Assembly (NCBI RefSeq): GCF_964355755.1
Contig: NC_092679.1
Coordinates: 21,559,432 to 21,623,431 of the forward strand
Length of the DNA stretch: 64,000 nt
DNA from: Antedon mediterranea
Taxonomy: Eukaryota > Animalia > Echinodermata
Direction of reading: 5' to 3'
The first letter of the stretch is position 1; each line of letters opens with the position of its first letter. Of the stretch, positions 1 through 14,600 are shown in pieces. The translations under genes and the position numbers were made by a program. The notes under the pieces were generated by a model, which saw only the letters and a list, made by a program, of their open reading frames with translations, did not search any database and was not told the origin of the DNA.

Positions 1-260
1 CCAACTTAGTTTAATCTTAAATTATACACATTTATAAATTACTATTTACTATATTTAAATATTTATTATAATGTTATTAACTTTTTCATTTATCATTGTG
101 CAATTTGGGATTGGACCGTTCTAGAGGTGTTTACCCCCTGTTGGTCCCATCCGTCACTGAATGTACTCTGTTCTTTATATATGTTATGTCTTTTTCTTGC
201 TTTGTATCTACATTTTTGTGAGAATTTGAATAAACAAAATAAATAAATAAATAAAAAAAA
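1..260 (+). mobile_element. Probable LINE 3' UTR remnant
   Basis: Stem-loop gggattggacc...ggtcccatcc, T-rich tract and (AAAT)n tail; a similar architecture occurs at about 28210-28335. Confidence 0.4.
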
Positions 261-1029
261 TTATCGCTTTACATTCAGGACATACAGTCGGCAATCTATA
301 AAGGGAACAGCTTCGGGTCTCATTTTTTTAAACATAAGCATAGAGTTCATTTGTTTCCCCTGGCTTCAATAGGGTATCCCAACGGAAGCGTTTACTTTTA
401 AAAGTTTAATTATACTATAATTTTTGTAATTTTATAAAAATTGGGGAAATTTTATATACGGCAAAGTAAAATAGGAAAATCAAAGCCAATCAAATAAAAG
501 TGTCTTAAATCTAATATTGTATAATCAAATATAAAGAGATTGTTTATTTTTAAAAGGCTTAAGTTATCTATCAATCTGGGTGTGTATTTTACAAAACGAT
601 ACAGTTTATGCTTTTCCATATGTATCTCAGTAATAATATGAATATTATCACTTAACAATTAATAGATGCACTATAAGCTGGACCTAAAGTCCGCTGGGAT
701 TTTAACGTGTCTTATATTTGCAATGCTATGTATATTCATATTTTACTCGTAATTATATCGTATCTCAATAGATTAAAAATAGTCAATGCAATACACATTC
801 TAATCAGCATTACCTTATTAGGCCTACTGTTGCTTTTTTCAAATCACATTTTTTGTAATTTTCTTAGGATCATTTCAGAAATATTCTACTGTAGTTATTG
901 TAGTATTAATAGGTCCATGATTATAGTAACTATATAGTTCTCACTGTAATAACACAGGGTTTTAGTTTGTTTGAATAAAGAGTAAACATATAGTGTTAAA
1001 CCAGTACAATATGTTGACATGGTCCTATT

Positions 1030-1356
1030 AAAGCTCTGTTTACACTATCAAACTAGTTTGACAAAAATAGTGTAATGTGCCCAAATATGGTATAGTGATA
1101 TGCCCAAATATGGTAGTGATATGACATCATCATGTCCATATATGGGCACATCACATTTTGTTGTCACATCAAGTTTGATAGTTTAGACAGAGCTTTACAT
1201 TCAATAACATAACGTTAAGCTCTGTCTACACTATCAAACTAGTTTGACAAAAAAAAGTGTGATTTGCCAAAATATGGTAGCGATATTCCCAAATATGGTA
1301 GTGATATGACATCATCATGTCCATGGACACATCACATTTTTTGTCACATAAAGTTT
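1030..1356. mobile_element. Two adjacent copies of a PIF/Harbinger-type MITE (family A)
   Basis: TIR AGCTCTGTCTACACTATCAAACT...AGTTTGATAGTGTAGACAGAGCT flanked by TAA/TTA; second copy lacks its right end. Confidence 0.75.
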
Positions 1357-4300
1357 TAATTTTCTTAATAAAAAAATTAGGTATTTTTTATCTTACTTAT
1401 TGTGCTAACGATATTTGAAATAATCAACTGAATTGAACCACGTCACATGTATTCGATTTTGTTTTTAGATGAATGTGGTCTAATAAAAACGAAAAGGAAA
1501 GTTATCATTCATCCAGGCAAGCTTCTCGACTTTTATGGTAGGAATATTTCAAACTATTATAATCTTTTTAAACACTATCTGCCATTTTTTATACTTACAA
1601 TATTATATGTATTCATCTTTTCTATTGATTGATTGTAGACCTCTAATGAAACTTTTTTCCCAGTATTTATTCAGTATTTTATTATTCAACTTCTGTTTTT
1701 TTTCAATAATAGTCAGTATAATTCAATTAATAGTCATTATTTTTGTATTTTTTTTATTTATCATTACTGTTAATAATCAATGTATATATTTTATAATTAA
1801 TATTTTTGTCAAAATCACTGCACTTATACACGTTATTTATGGTTATTATTATGAATTTACGATAGATTGAATAATGTTCACAAAAAACAGATATAAATTA
1901 CCGTAGATTCAGTTTAGAGAGATTTACTGTATGGAAAGAATTTGTTTTTTTAAACTAAAATAATCAGTAATGATGTACTTTCCATATTAGTATTAGTTTC
2001 GTGGTTTAGTCAAAACCGGAGTGATTTTATTTATCTAACCCCTTCATATTGATAGTTTTGTTTTTACTAGAAACATTCATCTAACTTGAAGGATAGAAAT
2101 GCATGTTTTCATCCACGATACTTACTTTCTATCACATTTTTAGTTTCGGGGTTTGGTGAAGTCTAAAGCTCTATCTACACTATCAAACTTTATGTGACAA
2201 CAGAATGTGATGTGTCCAAAAAAAAAATGAAATAAAAGATAATAAACTGCTAACTCACTTTTGAAATTGACATGATGAATAAAATATACGTCTGGTTTTT
2301 CTTGAAAATTCTTCAGAAACGGTCTTTAAAACAGTTACAATCGTCAACCTATAAGATTAACTTACTCTCCTCCCTGTTCCAGCGCTCACCAAGATCTCTC
2401 GTATCACGCTAAACAAAACAGATTATTTTTTCTTATCGTCTTCTAGAGATGAGACGCGCGCAAAATTCGTGTTTCTTCTCAGCTCAAGTTATGTAACTTC
2501 TTCTTATACGTTCATCCACTGTTTATGCTAATTCATTATCAGTATGATTGATTACAAATTGATTCTCATTCGCTGATAAATTAAGCTGCTAAGTGGGTGA
2601 GACAATTGAAGTTGTTTTTTTAGTAAAATCAATATCTAAGATAGAAATATTTGATTGACCATGTGGTTAGATTATTGTGTTTCCGATATTATTTATTTTA
2701 CATTAAGATCTGTTTTGTATGGTCTATTGTCATCCTGTTCTCACCCCTCTTTTTTTAAAGTAAATTCAATAGATAGAGATTTTATATTTGGCTATGTGGT
2801 TATATTTGCGTTTCCGATATTTGTTTACATTAAAATAAAGATCCGCTTAGTATGTGGCCTATTTTCATCCTGTATCACCTCTCCTTCCTGTCCTCATATC
2901 CTATTCCTATATCTCCACAGTTCCGATTCCGATTATCCTTCCGATTTTTTTAAATCATAATCTCCTAAGTTATCAGAACATTTATTCATTATTTTACAGT
3001 TGTGTGCAATATTTTTGTTTCTACCTCTTTGGTCAAATATACCTACTCCACCACAAACGCACTATTGTGAGGACGTTAACACATATTGTTCGCATGTGGT
3101 TTTCATCAACTTACGTACGCGCGCGTAAGACTTGTGATAACGTAAGCGGCATGCATGTACGTTTGCAATGTAAAATGATATTCAGATTTTTACGGACTCT
3201 ATAGTAAGAAGTATATATGTCAAACATTTCCTGTGCTTCTTATTTACTCAAAGGAATTTGTTGATATTATCAGTGATAAATTCAATCAATTTTACTCCAA
3301 CAGGACGCTCCATTGTTGTTGTAATAACAATAAACAGGGTGTTAAAAAAAAGGTTCATGCTATTCGATCATTCACGTTCCAGCTTCCATTGTGTTATCTT
3401 ATATCATATATCATATACAGGGTATGATATTATGATATGTATAGCAAACAGTTTTAGTATCATATCGCAGGTGTATTTTGAAACTATAACAACCATCTTT
3501 ACCTTCTCTTCAGATTTCCCTGAAAAGTTTATATTAATATCTGAACGTCATCTTCAAAATCGACAAGGATGTATTTTATTTTCAAGGATATATTAGGATT
3601 ATCTAAATCCATTATATTAATCCCTTGTATTCTGTTTTAGCAAACTGCAGCTTCCTGTTCAACGTCGCACGCGCGCGTATGCAGGTGACATGATGGCAGA
3701 AGCGATTTCCGTGGATTAAAATATATTCAATAATATCATAGTTTGTTTACTTTTTATTTGGAACGTTCTGTACTAGGTCGATAATTTCGGTAGTCATCTA
3801 CATCACCCTCTTTGTCATCCAGTCGTGTGGAGGTGTAGTGTAGAGTGAGGAGGTCGGGGCTTGAGACCGGCGGCCCTACTTAATTTTAAATGCATTGGTC
3901 AATTGCCTACCAGCAGCTGAACAGCATTGAGTTAGTCATTTGTTTTATTTTGTGTTTAGACGACCGGATTACCAAAATCTATTGATGTTTTCAGGTGGCA
4001 ATCTATTCGTTTTCCACAGATACACAACATACACGATGCCCACATAAACAAAATATTATCTTTGGGAGTAAAATTGTGTCGTGAGAACATTTCGGAAGAG
4101 AACCTATGGGCATGCTGGGGGATGGTGTGGGACTGGGGGGGGGGGGTTGCTAGGATTGGTTCTGCGTACCTCATCTCAGCTAGTTGGAAACGTATGAAAT
4201 AAAATATTTGAATGAAAATGTTCGAATGTTTGAGTAAATTAAACGAACCTAACTCTAAAATTACCTGATAACAAATTAGGCTAGAGGATTTGATTTTCTT

Positions 4301-6262
4301 CTTATGTTTGCTTGTGTTTCTAATGGCACTACGACTGATGTTTAATGTATATATTTTCAATAGCTTTGTCGCACCTTGGTTCTCGGGGGATCCACGACTC
4401 AATCTATCAATTTATAGGCAATTATTGACATAGGTACGAGTAATTAAAAACGATGGAAAATGATAACTAGGGGTATACAGATTACGTGACGATTGTATAC
4501 AAAAGTAATCACAAAATGTGTTTGTTATGAAGAAAATGTACAATTCAAACATATTGATGTCCACGTAGCCTATATACAAGATTTATTACAGAACTGGAGA
4601 CCACTTAAAGCGTAGTTCTCAGGACGCAACGCAAGGATTTAGCCGCAACGCAAGTGATTGACCAATCACTTCGCTTGTGATTGGTCATTGGTTGCATTTA
4701 TTAGTGGTGGGGGGGGGGGAGGCGGTACTATGCAAATTCACAAAATTTTCAATTTGAGCATTGATGTTGAGTTGAACAATTACAAAGCGCAGTCCAGAAT
4801 ATCCCATTTTGTTGTGATTGGTCAAATTATTTGCGGCGCGGTTACGTCAACTTCAAGTAGAGAGACCTTTGAGAATTGTTTTTCTTCCATAATCCTACAT
4901 AGTTACATAATTAAACTATAAAATTAGTTAGGCCATGGAGGTGGTACCGCCATGGTTAGGCCGATCATAGAGATATTATAGTGAACTATAATATCTCTTT
5001 ATGGGCCTATCTATTTTTGTTCATAGGCCTGTTTAAAGTTTATTTGGCCTTTTATCATCATTACATTAGGCCCTAAACATGTGTTCCTCTGAAAAAAATA
5101 ATGTTTACAACATTTGATCGAAAACAATTTTTTATTTACCAGAAAGAAGCTGTAATTTAATGCGAAAACATAAAAAAATATTATGAAAAGTCAAAAAGCC
5201 ATTTTTTAGTTTTAAAGTAATACTTCATCATTCATTCATTCTTCAACATCATTTAAAATTTAAGAACCTTGAAAAATAGTAACAATAGATAGTAAACCAA
5301 ATATGGTATAGAATTAAATAATTTCCCAACATTTATACAATGAAAACTAAAGCGTGGAATTTCTCATAACTCCTGTTTCTTGAAGTGTGTAGGTTTAAGC
5401 TTTTTCCAAAATTTAAATAGGCCATGCGCGCAACCATAGTATGGATACGACCGTGCTAAGCGTAAGAATTAAACTCACGGAGTGACCGTGCCGATAGTCA
5501 ATTCCTGTTAGAGATACTCCGCATGTTTTTTTCGGAGGAGGCTAGAGGAGGAGAGGAAACTGGCTAAATAAAAAAGCTAGGCCTAGCCTAGGTAAACTGT
5601 CATTTGCAACTTTTCAAACACGCCTAAATTAATATACATTGTCATTGTTAACGTTAACCTCATTAATTTCACGAATGTTTTATATTGTATATTATATTGT
5701 GTCTAGCTCCCGGTCTAGCTTAGACCACATCTCCTAGCTAGACTAGGCGCCTATATTATAAAAGCTGGTATGATGTGGTAGTCTGTGTGCTGCTGGAAGG
5801 AATCCGGGACGTTTCGTCCTAATTTTTCCCGGTCATACTAATCAACGCCCGGTAGATCCCGGAATCACCTGGTAGGGTTTTATTACATAATATGATATCA
5901 AGTACATGTTTTTAACATGCTTTTAGTGGTAAATATAACTTATATATATTTTTCTTTGCAGAAACATGTCAAAATCAGTTCGTCACAATGCGTTAACAAA
6001 ACAACACTTTAAATTATATCATACAGGGTGTCTCCAATTTCAGAATAAACCTCTAATCAGATTTTAACGTACAATTAAATATGACAATATTAACATTAAA
6101 TATAATGGTGGTGTATGTACTTGATAACATTTTATATCATAAAACCCTACCACCAAACGATTCCGGGGCCTACTGTAGTACCAGGCGTAAATTGGAATAT
6201 GAAACCCAATGTTTACTGTTTTATTCATAACTGTTTACTCCTTATATTAGAATGCATAGAAT

Positions 6263-8465
6263 ATGTTTCACACAACAAAATCAATTTTATGGAACTCATT
6301 AAATGGACACCAACAGTGTTGTAAAAGAGGAATCGGAAATTTTTTACGAGAGTTAGCAAAGAAACAAAAACAGAGCAAAACATTAGCAATCACACAGTAA
6401 GTATTGTAAGGGTCAATAGCCACTGTGTATGGAGCACCCAAATTCATGGTGGGCTACCAAGGACAAATTAAGCTTCTCAATGTTTATTTGCCTTCATTCA
6501 TCAGTCAATCTGCTAAACTCCTTTCTGTGAAATTGATTGTAGTACGTCACCCTGCTTGGGAAAGGAGTTCTCATGCGTTGAAGCACTCAAGTCAAGCAAC
6601 GTAGCACGATTTAAATGAAAATTGCAGTGCAACATAATTAAATGTAGTGCAAACATTTTTACCTGCGAAAATTGTTTTTATTTGCCTGATTAAATACGTC
6701 TATTGGCTTTGCATAAAATAATATTGTATTAACGGTACAATTAGGAAAATTAACTTTTTTTTACAGTAACTTGCCAAAATATTTCAAGAATCTAAGGTAT
6801 GACATTGCTGCCGGTGACTACATCGTTGTTGTCGGTGGCGCTGTGCGTTATACTAATGATGAGTGGTTTGGACGTAAGAAGACTTGGGTAATAAACCAGC
6901 TACCAAGTCGATCAAATCTTCCAGAAACGACTTTTGTCGATGCAATCGACTTTAACGAAACAGGCATTGAAAAGCATGGATTGAAACACATAGGTAAAGT
7001 AAGATGGGTGTAATAGAGACAAAAAGTACTTTAAATTATGAAAAAAAAAAAACCCATGTTGGTGAATACAAATTGTAAACACAGTGGATCTCATTAAGTT
7101 TTTGTATGCAGTAGAGCTTCATATCAATCGAGTATCATAATTTGTTTCAATTGGATTGTCCAATTAATTATACTTTAACCTCTAACGTTAAAACAGATTA
7201 AAAATCTTCTTTTCGATTCATGTACTTTTTTAAGAGCACTGATACCTTGAAGATTGTTGTTTTCTTTTGTTTAGAGAAGTTGCATCATTTGAAATATCTG
7301 AGTTTCGCAGACTGTCCATTTGTAGATGATAACTGCATAGCATCTCTAGTCAACTTTTGTGATACTTTGACCCATCTTAATATTAACAGATGCCCGCTGG
7401 TTACGTCCAATGGTATCTCACTCTTATACAAACTGAGGTAAGTCTTGATTCAAAGAAACCGCATAAAAAATGCTTTTGTATATTGAACCTGCCAATCACC
7501 ACCCATATTCTTTCCCTATCACTCACGTTCTTCCCTATCCACCCATATTCTTTCCCTATCACTCGCGTTCTTCCCCCACCACCCATATTCTTTCCCTATC
7601 ACTCACATTCTTCCCCCACAACACATATTCTTCCCCTACCACCCATATTCTTCCCCCACCACCCATATTCTTTTCCTATCACTCGCATTCTTCCCCCACG
7701 ACACATATTCTTCCCTTACCACCCATATTCTTTTCCTATCACTTACGTTCTTCCCCATCCACCCATATTCTTCCCCCACAACACATATTCGCCCCCTACC
7801 ACCCATATTCTTTCCCTATCACTCATATTCTTCCCCACAACACATATTCTTCCCCCACCACCCATATTCTTTCCCTAAAAAATAGGCCATCATTTTTACT
7901 TCTAAATTTAAGCAGGATTACAGTATTTATTAACATTCAATTTTATTCGCTACTGATGCCATCAAGAGCAGATATCTAGACAAATCAATATAAATACATA
8001 ATAGAAAAAAACAATTTAAAATTAATTACTGTACATACAATTCACTGCAATTTTAATATATATGTAATAAATAGTATTTGATCAAACCATATACAAAATT
8101 TCACTACAAAATATAAAATTGTGTTCCAAAATATGCATGATTTACAGTATTACAAATATTTCTTATTTAATCACATTCAAACTACGTCTTTATACAGAAA
8201 TCTAGAAAGAGTCAATATGGATGGTTTAAACCACATTCAGAATCTGCTGTTCATCGCAATGATGTTAGAAGATATCAGGCCCAACCTACGCCTAGGAATC
8301 GTCACAGAACAACTCAAAGAACTTAGAAACACAATGGAGCATGCAAAGAAACATGGCTTATTGTTAGAAGATGAAAAAAAACCTGAAGAGCCAATTAATG
8401 GATTGATATTAAATGATCTTAAAAAGGACTCTACAACAGATTTTACAACAAATATTGATAGATGA
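6263..8465 (+). CDS. DMAC2: Distal membrane-arm assembly complex protein 2 (ATP5SL-like, mitochondrial LRR-like complex I assembly factor); 4 coding exons
   Basis: Exons 6263-6396, 6767-6993, 7275-7437, 8198-8465 join in phase at GT-AG sites. Product MFHTTKSILWNSL...YDIAAGDYIVVVGGAVRY...DAIDFNETGIEKHGLKHIEKLHHLKYLSFADCPFVDDNCIASL...LTHLNINRCPLVTSNGISLLYKLRNLERVNMDGL...MMLEDIRPNL matches the recalled ATP5SL/DMAC2 pattern. The basic N-terminus resembles a mitochondrial presequence. The start could lie further upstream (acceptor at 5961, ATG at 5966). Confidence 0.8.
7495..7876. repeat. Minisatellite, ~20-bp unit (cacccatattcttcccccac) in DMAC2 intron 3
   Basis: About 19 variant units; explains the Pro/His-rich spurious ORFs. 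Confidence 0.92.
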
Positions 8466-9510
8466 CCATAGTTTGTAGGTGCAATTAATAAGAAAATTTT
8501 TATTAGAAATTAAAGTTGAAGCTGACTTCATTAATATCTTATTAATTATTATTAATTAATAACTTAAATGCTTTGTAAAAAGCTTGGAAACCAGGAAATA
8601 TAAAATTGTCCCCTTAATATGGTTGACCCTTGCCTGTGGTGCTAAAGCATGTATTGCATAGGAGGGTTGTTTTCTGTTATTTTACCATGAAAAACAATAA
8701 AATATGGAGTGATTTTATTATAAATATCTACCAGATTAAGTTATAGAAAATACTCTGATTTGTTTATTTGACTCAAAACTCCAAAAAGCAACACAGTCAC
8801 AAACAATAATCCATAGGCCTAGTCGCTGACGGATTAAAAGCATAGAAATCAAAATTATTACTATGTACATATCACAAATGACCCAGGATCATCTTGGAAA
8901 TGGCCACACAATTCTGTATCCTTAGGCCTACATGACAGTATTTTCCTAGTACTGTATTATAGGCAAATTCCTTAATACAATTTGACATGTGTTTCACATA
9001 TGATGCCTGTATCATGGAAGGAGTGTCTTTCTGTATCATAGGATTTAGATACAGTACCGAGAATCGGTAAAATGATATTTCTCCCCTAGGACTTTTCTAG
9101 CTACTACATACTTTCAATCTGGAGTTTGTTCACTGGAGGAAACATGCAGTATAAATAAAGATATATTATTACAGTTAATGATTTTAATCCCCTTATGAAT
9201 AAAATTAATCAAGTAGTTTGTATTGAATTTTTGCAATTAAATATATCTTAAGGAAAGTATAGCAAAGGGATTGCAGATGATATCACGTAAGAGCCTACAC
9301 AAGTGAGTGGGAATTCATAGCATTACACCATTTAAAAAAAATCAATGGCCATGGGGGATTGAATTTATATGACTAAACGTGGGACAATTGAGTGGGGAAA
9401 ATAACTTGTAAAGGTAACATATTATTTGTAGAAAATGGGATGAAACTTTAAGGGGTGGAGGATGCGGGATGATATGCCTCTTAATTCCTCTCTTAGATAA
9501 TAAAGTTTAA

Positions 9511-9833
9511 AGATGTATTGTCCCCCTGAAAAAAATAATTCTTAACAATTTTTTTTTTTAATGTAACATAATAGTTATTCACTTTGACCAAAAATTGGAT
9601 TTTGAAAAAATGTATTTACCTGAAAAAACTCTAATTTAAAGCAAAAAATTGTCAAATTGGCTGCCAGCCAATGGTTTTTGGTGAATTTTAATCATTTATT
9701 TTGTGATTTTATAAGTGAAAACATTATTTTTTTTTCTACAGAAGTGATTAACTTTATAAAAACTACAAAAAACATATTCAAAGTCTGATTTAATTAATCT
9801 TCATTTTTCATGTTTTTGAGGGACAATACATCT
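9511..9833. mobile_element. Kolobok-type MITE (family B), full copy
   Basis: TTAA on both sides and TIR AGATGTATTGTCCC...GGGACAATACATCT. AG termini plus TTAA TSD fit Kolobok rather than piggyBac. Confidence 0.7.
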
Positions 9834-10715
9834 TTAAAGATGGTATAAGACAAAAAAGATTAACAAAAAAGCAAACTCACCGAATAGCACTTTCTTGTCT
9901 TAAATAATAAAATTAATGATAATACCAAGCCTTTATAAAGCACTATTTACGGATGTCTCACAGCGCTAAAAGACCAACAAGAGTTTATTGAGGTGGAGGG
10001 CCTCTGTATTCTACTAGGATGCAAGGATGTAAGCCCAAGTATTTTGACCAATTACCTGAACTGTCACCTGTGATCAGTAGTTAACGCAGGGGGAAAATTC
10101 CCCTGATTTGGCACTCCTAAGGGGCCCCTCTCCAACGCTATGTAGTTGCATTGGACTGCTCATACTCCAGGGCCACTTAAGCCCCTGCAATTTGTCAATT
10201 CAAGTATTGTGTCCCAAGTGGAATATGTATATATATATGTGCCCATATATGGACAAGATGACATCATATCACTACCATATTTGGGCACATCACACTGTTT
10301 GTCAAACTAGTTTGATAGTGTAGACAGAACTTTACGATGGGTCGACGCCTCTCATTCTCAAATAAGGTTTAAGAATAACAACAAGGAAAACCACTTAAAA
10401 CATTTTGAGATTTATTCCTGTACACACATACTTAATTGCTTAAATTTCATATACTTAATGCCATATTCCAATGAATACTTGTTTTATTTCAGTGGTCACT
10501 ATGAAGACATAAACAATTAGCTTGCAAACCAACCATTAACTTGTGGAAATAAATGCATTAAGCCGTAGGGCATTCAGGGATGTAACTATGAGAAGTACAG
10601 GGCTGGGTATTTAAGACATAAGGGGGATCGGAAAAATAAAAGTTCTTTTAGGTACCAAAGTTTCTTGTGGGGGTACTATGTTGAAATTAGGCTGGATAGA
10701 AGAAAATATAATCTT

Positions 10716-10877
10716 TAAGCCCTGTCTACACTATCAAACTTTATGCGACAAAAAAATGTGATGTGCCCATATATGGACATGATGATGTCATATCACTACC
10801 ATATTTAAGCATACCACTACCATTTTTGGGCACACTTTTTTGGGTAAAACTAGTTTGATAGTGCAGACAGAGCTTTA
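10716..10877. mobile_element. MITE family A, full copy (partial copies at about 2165-2220, 10226-10334, 11340-11487, 12412-12530)
   Basis: Same TIRs and internal ccatatatggacatgatgatgtcatatcactacc core. Confidence 0.75.
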
Positions 10878-11623
10878 GGGTGGGTGGAAGACTGACGGTG
10901 TGTCCCTGACCAGCACACAACATCCTGCAAAATAACATCCCTGTTCATCTGCATATCTAGTAGTAACAATCTACATAAATCAAAGGTTACATTCGAAATG
11001 ATCTTTATTTTGAGATTACTGGCACGGTTTTCTTTATACTGATTTTATATAATTTACAAACAATATTTACTTATACAGATATATTTTGTGCAAGCTGCTC
11101 AGCTACTAAGGACACCTTTTAAAAATGAGGGAAAAAAAACAAAATGAAAACATTTAATTTTCTTATATTATTTACAAGAAAACAATTTTAGCAGCAAAGT
11201 AATTATTTTTAGCTATATTGCAGATGATGTAATTCTTATAGAAATATTATTGCTAACCACTTCCAATGTACAGTATATCGCCATAGATACAGTAAATTAT
11301 ATTATGTATCTAGGGTGAATGGACAATCACACATCAACTATAAAGCCTTGTCTACACTATCAAACGTTATGTGTCAAAAAAATGTGATGCGCCCATATAT
11401 GGACATGATGATGTCATATCACTACCATATTTAAGCATAGAATAACCATATGGGCATATCACATGAAGTCTGATAGCATAGACAATTTATAGTCTATTTC
11501 ACTATTGCCAATCATTTGGATCATAATTAGGGAAGTACGTCTCCAATAAGCGACATAAAAAACTGTTAAATTGTTGTACATTCAGATATATTAGCTTTTT
11601 AAAATATATTTGGTAATTTACGG

Positions 11624-14600
11624 TCAGAAGAGATTAATACCAAATCCAAAAGTTTGTCGTATTCTGCCCCAGAAGTTTTCTTTCCATCCTTGTTTGGTTC
11701 GTTCTACTTCCTTATCCGGTACTCCTGTCTGAACAAGATCTACGACTGCTCCATCCGATCCTTGGGAAAGATTCATGGTCACAATGGAATAGTGTGCTGT
11801 AAAAGAAAAAATTAAATTACCGTATATTTGATATAAGGTGGTTCATAAATTTGACATGCAATTTTCTGCCATCAATAGGACATATATACTCTCATATATT
11901 TCACAAAATTGCGCATTAAAAATAAATACGAACAGGAATTGGTTTTTTGTCATTTACCATATTTACACATTTTATTACTATTTTAAAACTTTTCAGTGTA
12001 ACCTACCTTCTGGCCAATTGCTAAATCTCCATTTTTGTACTATTTTTTTGTCCATTTCCTGTAATTAAAAAAAGTTCAAAAACTTTTAAATTTAAACTAA
12101 AATTGCCTCCTGAAATAGGGATGTTAAATTCTGTTGATGACAATCCAGTCACAGGAATCAATTTGATTGGTCGGGACAATAGGATATGATGGGAGATATC
12201 GGTTAGATGGTACAGTTACTTACCAACTCTAAAAAGACACCTGTCACGTTTCCGCCAAATAACGAGAACTTTCCTCCCTTCGTAGCTTCCATTTGTACTG
12301 AGCTCCTAGTAAATGCTTCAACTCTCTGTTATTAAAAATATCATATTATTATAATAACGACATACTATTAAAAGAAATATGAAAAACATCCAATTCCCTT
12401 TAACACATGCTTCAAACTTTATGCGACAAAGAAAATGTGATGTGCCCATATGGACATGATGATGTCATTATCACTACCATATTTGGGCATATCACTACCA
12501 TACTTTTTTGATAGTGTGGACAGAGCTTTAGATAGAACAGGGCTCAGAATTCACTCTGGCAAACTAGCAATTTGCAATTGTAGTTGATTTTTCGCAATTG
12601 CTAGTTAAAAATCTGCACTAAAAAAAGTGTTACTTTTTAGTCTAGCAAAAGTACTTGAGGCCTTATCTACCAATTTCGTTAAAATTCAACTTTTTGTAGA
12701 ATTAATTAAACTACCAATTAATTAAAACTAATTAAACACATTTTCTCACTAGTTACATTGTTTACAACTAGCTACTACTATTCTGGCACAGTTACCGTGC
12801 CATAGTTTTTAAATGAAACTTTATAAAGTTCAAAGTTCACTCACATTTTTGTCTGTTAGTACTTTGTATATATCCTCCACTGCACATAGAAACTTCTCAG
12901 TGCATGTCAGTTTGGTTGTGTGAATTTTAACACCAGGATTTGGTGACTGCTTTTGTAGGCCATTCGGACTTGATGTTTCTATTGATGGGTCCTAAGGGAA
13001 AAAAAATAGATAATTGATTGGAAAACAAATTATTTACCTGAAAAGCAAAAAATCTAAATATTATGTCACACAATGTTTTTTTGTTTCAATTAATGGTTTC
13101 TTTATATAATTGAATTAATTATTTTTGTTGATTTTTATTTTCAGAAGTGAATAACTACAGTGTATTAAAACTGCAAAATGGACTATTCAGAGTCTGGTTT
13201 TATTAATCTTTATTTTTCATGTTTTTGGAGAACAATACGACTTTAAGTAAAAGCGTTCTAAAACAGCTTGATTGCCTATTATGACGGGAATATGTGGCTC
13301 CATCTTAACATTTTCATTATCCGAAAGTCTCACTCTCTAATAATATCCCAAAGCCTTACCATAGTCGTTTTTGGTTGTGTTGTAAAATTTTTCTGCGGTG
13401 TAACTTCTTTTTTATCAGTAGGTAAAATCATCCCAACACTAAATTCTATTTCAGGAAAAAAAAATTCAGATAAACAAATTATAAAGTATTTTCTCAAACA
13501 TTAAATGTAAATATTTACATACATATAAATATTTCTGATCATTAAATTCAGCAATAATAAATTAAGTATATTATTCTCTTAAAAATATAGTTTAATATAA
13601 TGATTCTAAATATGTTTTGTTTGTTAATTATATCTCAGAACAAAGGTCTGAAATGATAAAACATAAAACAAAGTTGCATAAAACTTTAAAACCAACTTTC
13701 AACAAATCAAAATGTCTAATTTCCCTGCCAAATATCAAGAAAAATAAAAGATATAATAATATAAAGAATTTATATACCAGCTTTTAGTGCAGAGATATAC
13801 TGAGCAAGTTGATTTCGTATCAATTCAATGCCATTTTCCAACATGATGCTTTTTAATGTTCTAGATTCTTCCGTGTTCTTTTTTGTTGTAATGATTATCT
13901 ACAATGAGAAAAATTTGAGTAGAGAAATAATAGTATACAAGTTTGGGCTTCATGCATATGAGCCTATTCAGGCTTAGTTAATTTATCCTTATAAGTTTGA
14001 CTGTTTCCAATGTTATTCTGTATTTATTGTTTTTTATATGCATCCAACCAACAGCGAGTAACTGGACAATTACAGGATAGATAAACTATTTAATAATTTA
14101 TCGTGCTTATAAAACTTATAACTAAGTCTTATTTGAGGCTTAGGGAGTGGAGTTGAAAGAGTCGGGAGTTACAACCTTAGCACTAGGTCAGGACTGAACC
14201 CGGCCCTTGGGATTAGGAGGCAAGTATGTTAACCAACAAGCTACAGCTCCACTAAGATTAAGATCAAACAAAAATGTTTACAGCTATTTTTACTCACATC
14301 TATGTCTGATGGTTCGTTTTCATCACTTAAGTTTGGAATTTCAATTTGACCTTTCAACTCTGTTTCACAATCTTTCAATTTACCTATAAAAAACAATTTC
14401 TATTATAATTAATTTTGCCTTCCAACATAATTTTAATTTTTTTTAAATTTTAGATTTTAATAGATTCAGGTAGATTGTAATTAAATTTGTCAAGCGAACA
14501 AGCCAGTGTGTGTGTTTTCATACATACCATCCTTCAACAATTTAAAAAAAAACAGAGATTGTGATTGTTTTACAATGGGTTATATTTTATAAATTTGTTT

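Noticed and set aside
2280-3680. Possible minus-strand exons or decayed LINE ORF1
   Set aside because: Splice-like sites at about 2366 and 3503 do not give a consistent open frame; too degraded to call.
3956-4402. 148-aa minus-strand ORF
   Set aside because: No recognisable motif, spans a G run, and has no supporting splice partners.
7390-7979. Pro/His-rich ORFs of 162 and 169 aa
   Set aside because: Translations of an intronic 20-bp minisatellite.
10741-10938. Recurring short ORFs with LHYQT/KYGSDMTSS motifs
   Set aside because: Translations of the family A MITE, not a gene family.
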